From: Elainellaceae cyanobacterium
GTDB lineage: Bacteria; Cyanobacteriota; Cyanobacteriia; CAKZMO01
Direction: 5' to 3'
Assembly: GCA_050331615.1 (NCBI GenBank)
Contig: JBHJGR010000003.1
Coordinates: 2,515-66,514, forward strand
Length of the DNA stretch: 64,000 bases
How positions within the stretch are numbered: position 1 is the first letter of the stretch; the number at the start of each line of letters is the position of its first letter. The translations under genes and the position numbers were made by a program. The notes under the pieces are model-generated. The model had not been told where the DNA came from. It saw nothing but the letters and a program-made list of their open reading frames with translations, and made no database searches. This document shows, one piece after another, positions 1 to 9,114 of this stretch.

Positions 1-2215
1 ACTGCCCGCTGCCGTAGGGCGTGTCAACATCCAGCAGCAGCTTGCCGTCACCGGGGGCCTGCACCTGGTAGATATCCACGTCTGCGAAGGGAACGGCGGT
101 AGTGCCGTCCTGGCCGATCATGCCGCTCAGCCGCTGCGGCTCGCTCTCCAATATGACGGCAGTGGCTCCCGTGAGTACGCCATCGGCATCGCTGCCCTGG
201 GTGCTGAAGCGCAGGCGATAGGCTCCCATCGCTCCAGCCACGCCGCCCCCGCCACTGGGACTATAGGCGCGATTGGGATCGCCGCTCACCCCGGCGTAGT
301 AGGTGCCTGGCGTCAGAGCAGCGGTGAGCTGGGAGAATTCTCCGGCCCCCGATGCGTCGTCTGCCGCCAGCTCCTGACCGCTGGCGTTAAACAGCCGCAG
401 GTAGGTATCAACTTCCTGGAGCTGAGCAGGATCGGCTTCCAGCGTCACGGTGATGGGGCTGGCGGTGCTGACCTGGAACTGGTACAGATCCACGTCGCTG
501 GCCCCCACGGAAACGGCCCCATCGCTGCCCAGGCTGGCACTAATGGGGACAGTCAGATTCGTAACCGGGATGGCACTGGTAAGGGTACCGTCGGCGTCAC
601 TGGAAAGACCGATGGGGCCAGGAAACGTCTGCCCCAGCCGTTGCTGCACCTCGGCGATCGCCCCATACACGTTCAGCCGGGGATAGCTGCGGTTGGAGTT
701 GCGCACGTTGTCGTCTTCGTCGTCGCCGTCGTAGACCAGGTCGGCGGTGTCCCGCAGAATGTCCGTTACTTCAGCAGGGGAGAGGAGGCGATCGCCAAAC
801 TGGAGAGCCGCTTCCTGCATCAGGGCCACCGTCCCCGCCACCATGGGCGAGGCCATGCTGGTGCCCGCCATGTTGCGGGTGCGTCCTCCCGGCACCGTGC
901 TGCGGATAAAAGCTCCAGGGGCGAATAGGGTATTGGGGGCATCGAGGCGCTGGCTGAAGCTAGCGATGCGATCGCCCCCCGTGGTGTAGTCCACCGCCCC
1001 GTCGCCAAAGTAGACGTTGCGGTTCACCCCGTCCTGCCAGACGGCTCCCACCGACAGAGTGCTGAAGATGGCGGGTTCGGCGGCATTGGGGTACTCGTTG
1101 TTCTTATAGAAATTTCCGGCGGCGGACACCACCGTCACCCCGGCAGCCTCCAGACGCTGCACGTCGTCGTAGAGAATGCTGCCGCTGGCCTGCCGGGGGG
1201 AGGAGAAGAAGCCGTTTCCCAGAGACATATTGACCGCCACGATGTTGTAGCGATCGCGATTGGCCGCCACCCACTCCAGGGCATCCTCGATGCGGCGGTT
1301 GGAGGCGTAGCCGTTTTGAAACACCTGGAGGCCAATCAGGTTCACGTCGGGGGCGACGCCAATATTCTCGTCCCGTGCGCCGATGGTGCCCGCCACGTGG
1401 GTGCCGTGCTCCCAACGGTCCACTGGATTGCTGCTGCCGGTCACAAGGTCATAGCCAGCGACATAGCCGGGACGCAGCAGGGGATGGGTCTGGTCTAGGC
1501 CGGTGTCAATCACCACCACGCTCATGCCGCTGCCGTCGATGCCGGTGAAGCGGGGGTCGTTGCGCAGATCGGTGAGGCCAATCAGGTCAAAGGCGGGATT
1601 AATGCCAGGAGTGGCCTGCTCTAGCAGGATGTCTTCCCCGTCCAGGGCCAGCACCACAGTATCGTCTTCACCCCGCAGCGGCTGGAGGGTGGGCTCGTCC
1701 AGCCTGGCTCCCTGGGCCACCCGAGAAAAAATCGCGCCCTCATCCCCAGGCGTATCGATGGGATTTAGCCGGGCATCGACACCGTGGCCGACTTCCTCCA
1801 GCAGCACCGCCGTTATTGCCTCCAGACCTGCAGTGGTATTGCCATGGCTCAGCAGGAATTCTTCTGAGAGATAGACGCGATCGCGCCCAGCGGCAAAGGC
1901 TCCGTAGGCTCCATTTAGCTCAGAGGCGGAGCGAATTTCCAGGTCGGGCAGCAGGCTAAACGTTTCGGTGCGCCAGTCCTGAGCCAGGGCGATCGCCTGT
2001 TTTGCGTCGAAGCGATCGCCAAAAGTGAAGGTCAGTTGCTCTAGAAAAGAGTCTCCTTTAGCAAAGTCTGTTAGATGCGCCTGCGCCTGTTCCAGAGCCA
2101 GGGACAATATCCCGGTAGCTCCGTGAACTGGCTGCGGCCTTAAATTTAGCTGAAATTCGGATAAAGCAGAGCTGCTCCAGTCAGGCAGATCGCCCCAAAG
2201 CTGTCGGGTCGGCAT
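1..2215 (-). CDS. Subtilisin-like serine peptidase (S8 family), partial; C-terminus runs off the window start
   Basis: Reverse-strand reading from the ATG at 2215 (preceded by GAGGAA) stays open to position 1. S8 triad motifs are present: VVVIDTGLD (Asp), HGTHVAGTIGA (His), GTSMASPMVAGTVAL (Ser). These are followed by two PPC-type pre-peptidase C-terminal beta domains. The small + and - ORFs in the track for this region are antisense or out-of-frame artefacts. Confidence 0.85.
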   Translation of the reverse strand, partial: MPTRQLWGDLPDWSSSALSEFQLNLRPQPVHGATGILSLALEQAQAHLTDFAKGDSFLEQLTFTFGDRFDAKQAIALAQDWRTETFSLLPDLEIRSASELNGAYGAFAAGRDRVYLSEEFLLSHGNTTAGLEAITAVLLEEVGHGVDARLNPIDTPGDEGAIFSRVAQGARLDEPTLQPLRGEDDTVVLALDGEDILLEQATPGINPAFDLIGLTDLRNDPRFTGIDGSGMSVVVIDTGLDQTHPLLRPGYVAGYDLVTGSSNPVDRWEHGTHVAGTIGARDENIGVAPDVNLIGLQVFQNGYASNRRIEDALEWVAANRDRYNIVAVNMSLGNGFFSSPRQASGSILYDDVQRLEAAGVTVVSAAGNFYKNNEYPNAAEPAIFSTLSVGAVWQDGVNRNVYFGDGAVDYTTGGDRIASFSQRLDAPNTLFAPGAFIRSTVPGGRTRNMAGTSMASPMVAGTVALMQEAALQFGDRLLSPAEVTDILRDTADLVYDGDDEDDNVRNSNRSYPRLNVYGAIAEVQQRLGQTFPGPIGLSSDADGTLTSAIPVTNLTVPISASLGSDGAVSVGASDVDLYQFQVSTASPITVTLEADPAQLQEVDTYLRLFNASGQELAADDASGAGEFSQLTAALTPGTYYAGVSGDPNRAYSPSGGGGVAGAMGAYRLRFSTQGSDADGVLTGATAVILESEPQRLSGMIGQDGTTAVPFADVDIYQVQAPGDGKLLLDVDTPYGSGQ

Positions 2216-2488
2216 CCCGCGTTCCTCAACCGTTCGATACCGCGATTCTGTCCGAGGGAGGATTTGGGTAGCGGTACAGCCGTTTGAGTTTTCAAATTGT
2301 GACAGTCAACGGACGAAGCTGACGACAGTCAGGAATGGGCTCAATCATTGATGGAATCACTAGATCAGGCTGCGGCCAATGCGCTCATAGGGCCGATGGG
2401 TTTTAGGACGATTGTTAAGCCGTCCTGCGATCGCCTCAAATCGGTTCATCTGGTGATGGCACTGGATATAATCAAACGCTAAGGGAGT

Positions 2489-2540
2489 TCTGAATCCTGA
2501 CTTCTGACTCCTGACTTCTGACTCCTGACTTACGCCTGAT
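2489..2540. repeat. Tandem heptanucleotide array TGAATCC/TGACTTC/TGACTCC (about 7 units)
   Basis: Direct reading shows tgaatcc tgacttc tgactcc tgacttc tgactcc tgactta. Confidence 0.8.
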
Positions 2541-2651
2541 GTGAGTTATCTCAAATCCTTGCGTAGCGCGGGCTTCCAGCCTGCGGTGTGACGATGCCAG
2601 CAAGCAGGATGCTTGCGCTACGGGGCATCCGGTTCCTAATTCGCATTAGAC

Positions 2652-2700
2652 GTGACTTCTGAATCCTGACTTCTGAATCCTGACTTCCTGAATCCAAAAC
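2652..2700. repeat. Second heptanucleotide array of the same family (TGACTTC/TGAATCC x ~6), ending 13 bp before the blaI-like start
   Basis: Direct reading shows gtgacttc tgaatcc tgacttc tgaatcc tgacttcc tgaatcc. Confidence 0.8.
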
Positions 2701-2712
2701 CAAACCATCACC

Positions 2713-3132
2713 ATGTCCCCCCTCCCCGACCACATTCCCCCGCAGTTGAGCTTGGGAACGCTAGAAACCGAGATCATGGAGATTCTCTGGGAACTGGGTT
2801 CGGCCACGGTTAAAGAGATCCACGATTGCATCCTCAGCGATCCCAATCGGGACCTGGCCTACGCCTCTATTACCACCGTGCTCAACCGCCTCGCCAGAAA
2901 AGGGTGGCTGACCTGCGATCGCACAGGCAAAGCCTTTCGCTGGCGACCCCTGGTTTCTCACCATGAAGCTCAGGTGCTGCGAGCCCACGACCAGCTCCAG
3001 CAGTTTCTGGCGGTGAGCAACCCCGACATTGTCGCCGCCTTCGCCGATAGCCTGGATGCGCCCACCCTGGAGCAACTGGAGGCGATCGCCCAGCGCATCA
3101 AACTGGCGCGGCAGCGGAGGGCAGAGCCATGA
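2713..3132 (+). CDS. BlaI/MecI/CopY-family (penicillinase-repressor type) winged-helix transcriptional repressor
   Basis: 139 aa with an ATG start. The N-terminal winged-helix signature reads EIMEILWELGSATVKEIHDCI...SITTVLNRLARKGWL. The stop overlaps the start of the next gene (ATGA), which suggests translational coupling. Confidence 0.8.
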   Translation: MSPLPDHIPPQLSLGTLETEIMEILWELGSATVKEIHDCILSDPNRDLAYASITTVLNRLARKGWLTCDRTGKAFRWRPLVSHHEAQVLRAHDQLQQFLAVSNPDIVAAFADSLDAPTLEQLEAIAQRIKLARQRRAEP

Positions 3133-3965
3133 TGCACCTGGGATTAATGCTGGTCACGGTGGCGATCGCCCTGAGTATTCGCCAGAGCTGGAGCCCGCAG
3201 GGAACCTACGCCCAGCGCTGGCAGCAGGCACAGATGGCCCTGCTGCTGCCAGGACTGCTGTTACTGATGACCGCCCTGGCCATTATTTGCATGGGCTACA
3301 CCGGGCAGATGGTGGCTTACTGGGAAGGGGTGGTCACCTATGGAGCCGCCTGGGGATTTTTGGGGACGGCACTGGGCTGGCTCACGCTTCTCACGTTTCA
3401 GAGCTGGCGATCGCTTCATCGCATCCAAGCCCAGCCGCAGCAGACCATCGGCGGCTACTCCTGCCGCCTGCTGGACACCGAAGTGCCCTACAGTGCCCAG
3501 GTGGGGCTCTGGCATCCCACCGTGGTGGTGAGCCAGGGGCTGGTTGACCTGCTGGACGAGGATCATCTACAGGCAGTGCTGACCCACGAAGCCGGACACG
3601 GCTACTATCGGGACACCTTCTGGTTCTTCTGGCTGGGTTGGGTGCGGCGGCTGACGGCCTGGCTGCCCCAAACCCAACTGCTGTGGCAGGAACTGGTGCT
3701 GCTGCGGGAAATTCGGGCCGACCGCTGGGCCACCCAGGCAGTGGATCACCTCACCCTGGCAGAATCCCTGGTGCAGGTGGCCCAGGCTCCCCTGATGTCG
3801 CCCCATGCCGCTGCCTTTAGCTGCTCTGTAGTGGGCGATCGCATCACGGAGCGCATCGACGCCCTCCTGGCAGAAGCCCCACCAGAAATAGCGGGCGATC
3901 GCACCTCCTGGCTCTGGCTGCTGGTAACGGTGCTGCCGCTGCTGCTGGTGCCGTTTCACCATTAG
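3129..3965 (+). CDS. BlaR1-like M56-family membrane metallopeptidase (signal-transducer type)
   Basis: 278 aa with multiple transmembrane segments. The HExxH zinc motif occurs in BlaR1-like context: VLTHEAGHGYYRD. It overlaps the upstream repressor gene by 4 nt. Confidence 0.75.
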   Translation: MMHLGLMLVTVAIALSIRQSWSPQGTYAQRWQQAQMALLLPGLLLLMTALAIICMGYTGQMVAYWEGVVTYGAAWGFLGTALGWLTLLTFQSWRSLHRIQAQPQQTIGGYSCRLLDTEVPYSAQVGLWHPTVVVSQGLVDLLDEDHLQAVLTHEAGHGYYRDTFWFFWLGWVRRLTAWLPQTQLLWQELVLLREIRADRWATQAVDHLTLAESLVQVAQAPLMSPHAAAFSCSVVGDRITERIDALLAEAPPEIAGDRTSWLWLLVTVLPLLLVPFHH

Positions 3966-3985
3966 TTTTGCCGCCGCAAGGCACC

Positions 3986-5920
3986 CTACTCTGAGGGCTG
4001 CTCGGCTCCCTGATCCAGATTGCTCAGGTAAGCGGCGATCGCCTCACAGGCCAGCTCGGTCATGGGCTTGCCCTGCTGCTTGGCGGCGGCCTTGAGCTGC
4101 TGGTAGACCTCGTCGTTCACCCCAATGCGGTGGGTGGAGTTGTTGCGGGGAATGCCGGAGCCCGTCTTGTAGATGGCGGTGAACTGGCGTAGGGCGTCGA
4201 AGCCCACCCGGTGGCAGAAGTTACCGAAGCTTTCATCAGGCTGGCGATCGCGCTTGAAAAACACCAGCAGCGGCTCCAGGGTCTTCTCCAAATCATCAAT
4301 GGGCATCCGCTCCTGGTAGGGTTGCGCCAGCCGCGTCTGGTTGGGATCGGCCCCAATCCACAGCTGGTAGGCACCGGGAGCCTGACCCACAAAGCCCAGC
4401 TCCGCCAGGTAGGGGCGGGCACAGCCGTTGGGGCAGCCGGTCATGCGGATAACAAATTTTTCCTGGGACAGCCCCACCTGATTCAGCAAGGTGCGGATGC
4501 GTTCCGTGACGCTGGGCAGCACCCGCTCCGATTCGGTAATGGCCAGACCGCAGGTGGGCAGGGCGGGACAGGCCATGGAGTAGCGCACCAGCGGGTCAAT
4601 GTCGTCCTCTTTCTGAACGCCGCAGCGCTTGAGGATGGCGTCGATGTCGCTCTGCCAGGCCGGATCGATTTCGTAGAACACCAGGTTGTGGTTGGGGGTC
4701 AGCCGCATGGGCAGCTCGAACCGCTCCACAATCTCCCGCAGAGCCGTTTTGAGCTGGAGATTGCCCTCGTCCTTAACCCGGCCATTTTCGATGGAGATGC
4801 CCAGGAACAGCTTGCCGTCCCCCTGCTCGTGCCAGCCCAGATAGTCGCGGTACTCAAACTCCGGCAGCGGCTTGAAGGGGGCAAGGGGCTTGCCGAAATA
4901 CTCTTCCACCATGGCGCGGAAGCGATCAACCCCCCAGTCGTGGATCAGGTATTTCATGCGGGCGTGACGGCGATTGACGCGATCGCCATAGTCCCGCTGG
5001 GTGGCGACGATGGCCTTCAGCAGGTCGTAAACGTCATCCTTGTCCACATAGCCGATGGGGTCAGCCAGACGAGCAAAGGTTTCTTCCTTGTTGTGGGTGC
5101 GACCCAAACCGCCGCCCGCCAGCACATTGAATCCTTCTAGCTCGCCCTGGTCGTTGGTGATCACCACCAAAGCGACATCCTGGGAGTAGAGATCAACGGA
5201 GTTATCCCCCGGCACCGTGACGCAGCACTTGAACTTGCGGGGCATGTAGTAGGTGCCGTAAATGGGCTCTTCCTGGTTGTGGAACACTGTGCCCGTGCCG
5301 TTGCGCTGGCGGGCGGCCACCACGTCGGGATGCTCCTCAGCGGTAATCGCTTTCTCGCCATCCAGCCAGATCTCGTAGTAGGCTCCGGATTGGGGCGTGA
5401 GCAAATCAGCAATGCGATTGGCATAGTCGCGGGCGTATTCGTACTCAGGCCGATGTTTGTAGGGGGCGGGAGGAGCCATGACGTTGCGGTTGAGGTCGCC
5501 ACAAGCTCCCAGAGTAGACCCCATGTGGCGCACGATGGTGGCAATCACCGTCTTCAGGTCTTGCTTGAGGATGCCGTGGAGCTGAAAGCCCTGGCGCGTG
5601 GTGACCCGCAGGGTGTGGCTGCCGTACTGATCAGACAGGCGATCCAGCGCCAGGTAGAGGGGGGCGGGGATGAACCCGGCGGGGTTCCGCGTCCGCAGCA
5701 TGAACTGGTAGTCTTTGTCCTGGCCTTTGACCCGGTTGTCGCGGTTGTCCTGCTGGTAGGAGCCGTGAAACTTGAGGATTTGGATGCCGTCCTGGCTGAA
5801 GTGGTTGGTATCTTCCAGGATCTCGGTGGCAATGGGCTCCCGCAGAGCATTGCTGCGCTCTTTCAGCGCCTCTAATTTGGACGTGGCTTTGACGTTGGGT
5901 GACGGAGGAGTAGAAACCAT
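3986..5920 (-). CDS. sir: Ferredoxin-sulfite reductase (siroheme/4Fe-4S NiR/SiR family) with a C-terminal ribbon-helix-helix-like extension
   Basis: 644 aa with an ATG at 5920. Conserved SiR/NiR repeats and the Cys cluster region are present ([33 protein letters not shown]). The last ~45 aa resemble a ParD/CopG-type ribbon-helix-helix (RHH) fold. Confidence 0.9.
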   Translation of the reverse strand: MVSTPPSPNVKATSKLEALKERSNALREPIATEILEDTNHFSQDGIQILKFHGSYQQDNRDNRVKGQDKDYQFMLRTRNPAGFIPAPLYLALDRLSDQYGSHTLRVTTRQGFQLHGILKQDLKTVIATIVRHMGSTLGACGDLNRNVMAPPAPYKHRPEYEYARDYANRIADLLTPQSGAYYEIWLDGEKAITAEEHPDVVAARQRNGTGTVFHNQEEPIYGTYYMPRKFKCCVTVPGDNSVDLYSQDVALVVITNDQGELEGFNVLAGGGLGRTHNKEETFARLADPIGYVDKDDVYDLLKAIVATQRDYGDRVNRRHARMKYLIHDWGVDRFRAMVEEYFGKPLAPFKPLPEFEYRDYLGWHEQGDGKLFLGISIENGRVKDEGNLQLKTALREIVERFELPMRLTPNHNLVFYEIDPAWQSDIDAILKRCGVQKEDDIDPLVRYSMACPALPTCGLAITESERVLPSVTERIRTLLNQVGLSQEKFVIRMTGCPNGCARPYLAELGFVGQAPGAYQLWIGADPNQTRLAQPYQERMPIDDLEKTLEPLLVFFKRDRQPDESFGNFCHRVGFDALRQFTAIYKTGSGIPRNNSTHRIGVNDEVYQQLKAAAKQQGKPMTELACEAIAAYLSNLDQGAEQPSE

Positions 5921-6258
5921 GGTGCGTGGCTATGCTGGATACGGATATGGAATCCCCGGTAATCCGGTCGGGATACGGGAATTTGCCACATCTATCCTAC
6001 CATCTCCTGGGGGCGATCGCCGATCATCCGGGACAAGTGAGACAATCCCGCAACATTTCGCCAACCTTCCTTTAATAACCCTTATGTTTCGCCTGACTCC
6101 CTCAGGAAGGAGCCTACAATCGGGCCTACCATCATAGACTACACTACCCCTGATGGATAGCTCCCAGCCCAGCCCAGGAGCGCCATCCACGCTTTGGCCC
6201 AGGTGGTCCTGGATGACAACATACCTTAACCAGCAGTAGGCTCTACCCCAGACAAACT

Positions 6259-7416
6259 ATGCAACACCTTCGCATCAATGACACCACCCTGCGGGATGGC
6301 GAACAGGCCGCTGGCGTTGTTTTCAGCATCGATGAAAAGATTGCGATCGCCCGTATCCTGGACGCCATTGGTATTCAGGAAATTGAAGTGGGCATCCCCG
6401 CGATGGGGGGAGAGGAAGCGACGGCGATCGCCGTTATCCAGGCCCTCAACCTGCGGGCCGACCTGCTGGGATGGAATCGGGCGGTGCGCAGCGATCTGGA
6501 GGCTTCCATTGCCTGTGGTCTCAAGCGGGTACACATCTCCATCCCCGTTTCCACCGTGCAGATTGGGGCCAAGTTCAACGGCGACTGGCAGATGGTGCTG
6601 CGCCGACTGGAGGAGGCGATCGCCTTTGCCTGCGATCAGCACCTCTATGTCAGCATCGGCGGCGAAGACAGCTCCCGAGCCGATGAGAATTTTCTGCTGG
6701 AGGTGGCCCAGCAGGCGGCAGATTGGGGGGCCTCCCGGTTCCGCTACTGCGATACGGTGGGCATTCTCGACCCGTTTTCCATCTACGAGCGGGTGCAGCG
6801 GCTGGTGACGGCGCTGCCCATTCCGGTAGAAATCCACACCCACGATGACCTGGGAATGGCCACGGCCAATGCGATCGCCGGAGCCCGGGCCGGAGCCATT
6901 TCCATCAACACCACCGTCAACGGGTTGGGCGAGCGGGCGGGCAATGCTGCCCTGGAGGAGGTGGTAATGGCCCTCCAGCGCCTGGACCACCTGGATTTAG
7001 GCATCGATACCACCCAACTGCCCACCCTCTCCCGCTTTGTGGAGCAGGCATCCGGGGATCACCTATCCCGCTGGAAGGCGATCGTGGGGCAAAATGCCTT
7101 TACCCACGAGTCGGGTATCCATGCTGACGGCGTACTGAAACAGCCCCTTACCTATGAACCCTTTCCCCCCGAACTGGTAGGCATGGCCCATCAGCTCGTC
7201 ATTGGGAAGCACTCCGGACGGCACCTGCTGCAAAGCCTCCTCCAGGCCCACGGCATCACCCTGGGAACGACGGCTTCCTCTTCCCTACTCGAACAGGTGC
7301 GGCTGCGATCGGGGCAGCTCAAGCGCAGCCTGACGGAGCATGAGCTGTTAGGACTGGTGGCAGACTTGCCAGATGATGCGGGGGAGCGACCACAAATGTC
7401 GCTGCATCCTTCGTAA
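6259..7416 (+). CDS. Homocitrate synthase / 2-isopropylmalate synthase family protein (NifV-like, HMGL-like TIM barrel)
   Basis: 385 aa with an ATG start. The N-terminal motif is LRDGEQ, and the metal-binding HxH region reads HTHDDLGMATANAIAG. The length is typical of NifV-like rather than full LeuA proteins. Confidence 0.8.
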   Translation: MQHLRINDTTLRDGEQAAGVVFSIDEKIAIARILDAIGIQEIEVGIPAMGGEEATAIAVIQALNLRADLLGWNRAVRSDLEASIACGLKRVHISIPVSTVQIGAKFNGDWQMVLRRLEEAIAFACDQHLYVSIGGEDSSRADENFLLEVAQQAADWGASRFRYCDTVGILDPFSIYERVQRLVTALPIPVEIHTHDDLGMATANAIAGARAGAISINTTVNGLGERAGNAALEEVVMALQRLDHLDLGIDTTQLPTLSRFVEQASGDHLSRWKAIVGQNAFTHESGIHADGVLKQPLTYEPFPPELVGMAHQLVIGKHSGRHLLQSLLQAHGITLGTTASSSLLEQVRLRSGQLKRSLTEHELLGLVADLPDDAGERPQMSLHPS

Positions 7417-7554
7417 GGAGTTGCAAAATCTCGAAATCATCTCAAAATAAAGAAATCTCAAAGGTTTTTGGCACCGCTGATGACAGATCGGATAATGTAT
7501 CCGGATTTTGCGGCGACTTTTCCATTTGCAGATAGTTTTTTAGGTGGTTGGGCT

Positions 7555-9045
7555 ATGGCAGACGTCAACGGCACAATGATGCAGTACTTCCACTGGTACA
7601 TTCCCAGCTATGGAAGCCTGTGGAACGAGGTGAGCACCTGGGCAAAAGAACTGGCCGATGTAGGGTTTACGGCCCTATGGCTGCCGCCTGCGTACAAAGG
7701 ATTTGCCGGAAGTGAGGATGTCGGCTACGGTGTCTACGACCTGTTTGACCTGGGCGAATTCGACCAGCGAGGTTCAGTGCGCACTAAGTACGGTACGTTC
7801 CAGGAGTATCTAAATGCCATTCAGGCCATCAAGGCGGCAGGGCTCCAGGTGTATGCTGATGCCGTGCTCAATCACAAAATGGGCGGCGACGCTATTGAGA
7901 CCTTCGAGGCGACCCCCTTTCCCCAAGACAACCGGCTCCAGCCTAAGGGGGGGCTTCAAGAAATCAAAAGCTACACCCGGTTCTACTTTCCAGGACGACA
8001 GGGCAAGTACTCTACCTTTGAGTGGCGCTGGTGGCACTTCGACGCGGTGGACTACAACGAATATACCGGGGGCGATCGCGACACGGTTTATCTTATTAAA
8101 GACAAGGTCTTTGACGACTACGTTGCTCTGGAAAGGGGCAACTTTGCCTACCTGATGGGCTGTGACCTCGACTTTCAAAGCGAGTGGGTGCGGGGTGAAA
8201 TTAACTACTGGGGTCGCTGGTATCTGGATACCACGGGCGTTGATGGCTTCCGGCTAGACGCGATTAAGCATATCTCGGCCTGGTTCTTCCCTGAGTGGAT
8301 CCGCGACCTGGAGCGCCATGCGGGTAAAGAGATATTCGTAGTGGGGGAATATTGGGTTCCCAATGTCGATACCCTCCACTGGTACGTTGACTCGGTGAAG
8401 GGGGAAATGTCGGTTTTTGACGTGCCGCTCCACTACAACTTTCACTACGCCAGCCGCGCCGGGGGCTACTACGACATGCGCACCATCCTCGACAACACGA
8501 TGATGCAGCAGCGCCCCACCCACGCCGTTACCTTCGTCGAAAACCACGACTCCCAACCGCTCCAGGCCCTTGAATCCGTGGTTGAACCGTGGTTTAAGCC
8601 GCTGGCCTATGCCATCATTTTGCTGCGCCGCGAGGGCTACCCCTGCGTGTTCTACGCTGACTACTACGGCACCAGCTACGAAGACTATGGCCGGGATGGC
8701 AACCGCTATCACATCCATATGCCCTCTCACCGCTGGCTGCTGGACAAGTTTCTCTATGCCCGGCGGCACTACGCCTATGGGCCGCAGTACGACTACTTTG
8801 ATCACTTCAACACCATTGGCTGGACCCGGCTGGGAGATGAGGATCATCCCCAGGCTATGGCGGTCATCATGAGCGATGGGGACGCCGGCACGAAGTGGAT
8901 GGAGGTGGGGAAGGCCAACGCTAAATTTGTTGATCTCACTGAGCACATTAGCGACCCCATTTACACCAACGAGTGGGGCTGGGCCGAGTTCCGCTGCCAG
9001 GGCGGGTCGGTATCGGTCTGGATTGAGGAACCCGTCCAGGTTTGA
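7555..9045 (+). CDS. Alpha-amylase, GH13 (Bacillus AmyL-like)
   Basis: From the ATG at 7555 the protein begins MADVNGTMMQYFHWY, like the mature start of Bacillus licheniformis alpha-amylase. AGGTGG lies 7 nt upstream. The track ORF begins at a TTG at 7468, and an alternative ATG is at 7480. GH13 catalytic regions are present (DAVLNHK, GFRLDAIKH, EYW, FVENHD). Confidence 0.88.
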   Translation: MADVNGTMMQYFHWYIPSYGSLWNEVSTWAKELADVGFTALWLPPAYKGFAGSEDVGYGVYDLFDLGEFDQRGSVRTKYGTFQEYLNAIQAIKAAGLQVYADAVLNHKMGGDAIETFEATPFPQDNRLQPKGGLQEIKSYTRFYFPGRQGKYSTFEWRWWHFDAVDYNEYTGGDRDTVYLIKDKVFDDYVALERGNFAYLMGCDLDFQSEWVRGEINYWGRWYLDTTGVDGFRLDAIKHISAWFFPEWIRDLERHAGKEIFVVGEYWVPNVDTLHWYVDSVKGEMSVFDVPLHYNFHYASRAGGYYDMRTILDNTMMQQRPTHAVTFVENHDSQPLQALESVVEPWFKPLAYAIILLRREGYPCVFYADYYGTSYEDYGRDGNRYHIHMPSHRWLLDKFLYARRHYAYGPQYDYFDHFNTIGWTRLGDEDHPQAMAVIMSDGDAGTKWMEVGKANAKFVDLTEHISDPIYTNEWGWAEFRCQGGSVSVWIEEPVQV

Positions 9046-9073
9046 GGCAAAGGGATGCTTCCTAGGAGCCGGT

Positions 9074-9097
9074 CCCAAACTCTAGAAAGGGTTTGGG
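9074..9097. terminator. Hairpin (CCCAAAC-N9-GTTTGGG) between convergent amylase and MFS genes
   Basis: Inverted repeat read directly. It has no strong U-tract, so this is a weak call. Confidence 0.3.
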
Positions 9098-9114
9098 ATC
9101 AGCGCTAGAAGGCT

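Noticed and set aside
2541-2651. Possible eighth MITE copy between the two heptamer arrays
   Set aside because: The segment has dyad symmetry but does not align to the MITE consensus. It lacks the GTGTGGAACCCCCGCG core and the TAGCCCTACGGGCTA end.
4211-5140. 309-aa plus-strand ORF inside the sulfite reductase gene
   Set aside because: It is antisense to a confidently identified gene. Its Gly/Ala/Gln-rich low-complexity translation is typical of the reverse frame in high-GC DNA.
5921-6258. Possible NtcA (GTA-N8-TAC) or other regulator sites in the sir / nifV-like divergent region
   Set aside because: Only a GTA-N5-TAC (gtaggctctac) was found. It has no proper spacing and no adjacent -10 box, so the evidence is insufficient to call a site.
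8254-9078. 274-aa minus-strand ORF overlapping alpha-amylase
   Set aside because: It is antisense to the GH13 gene and has no motifs. This is a high-GC shadow ORF.
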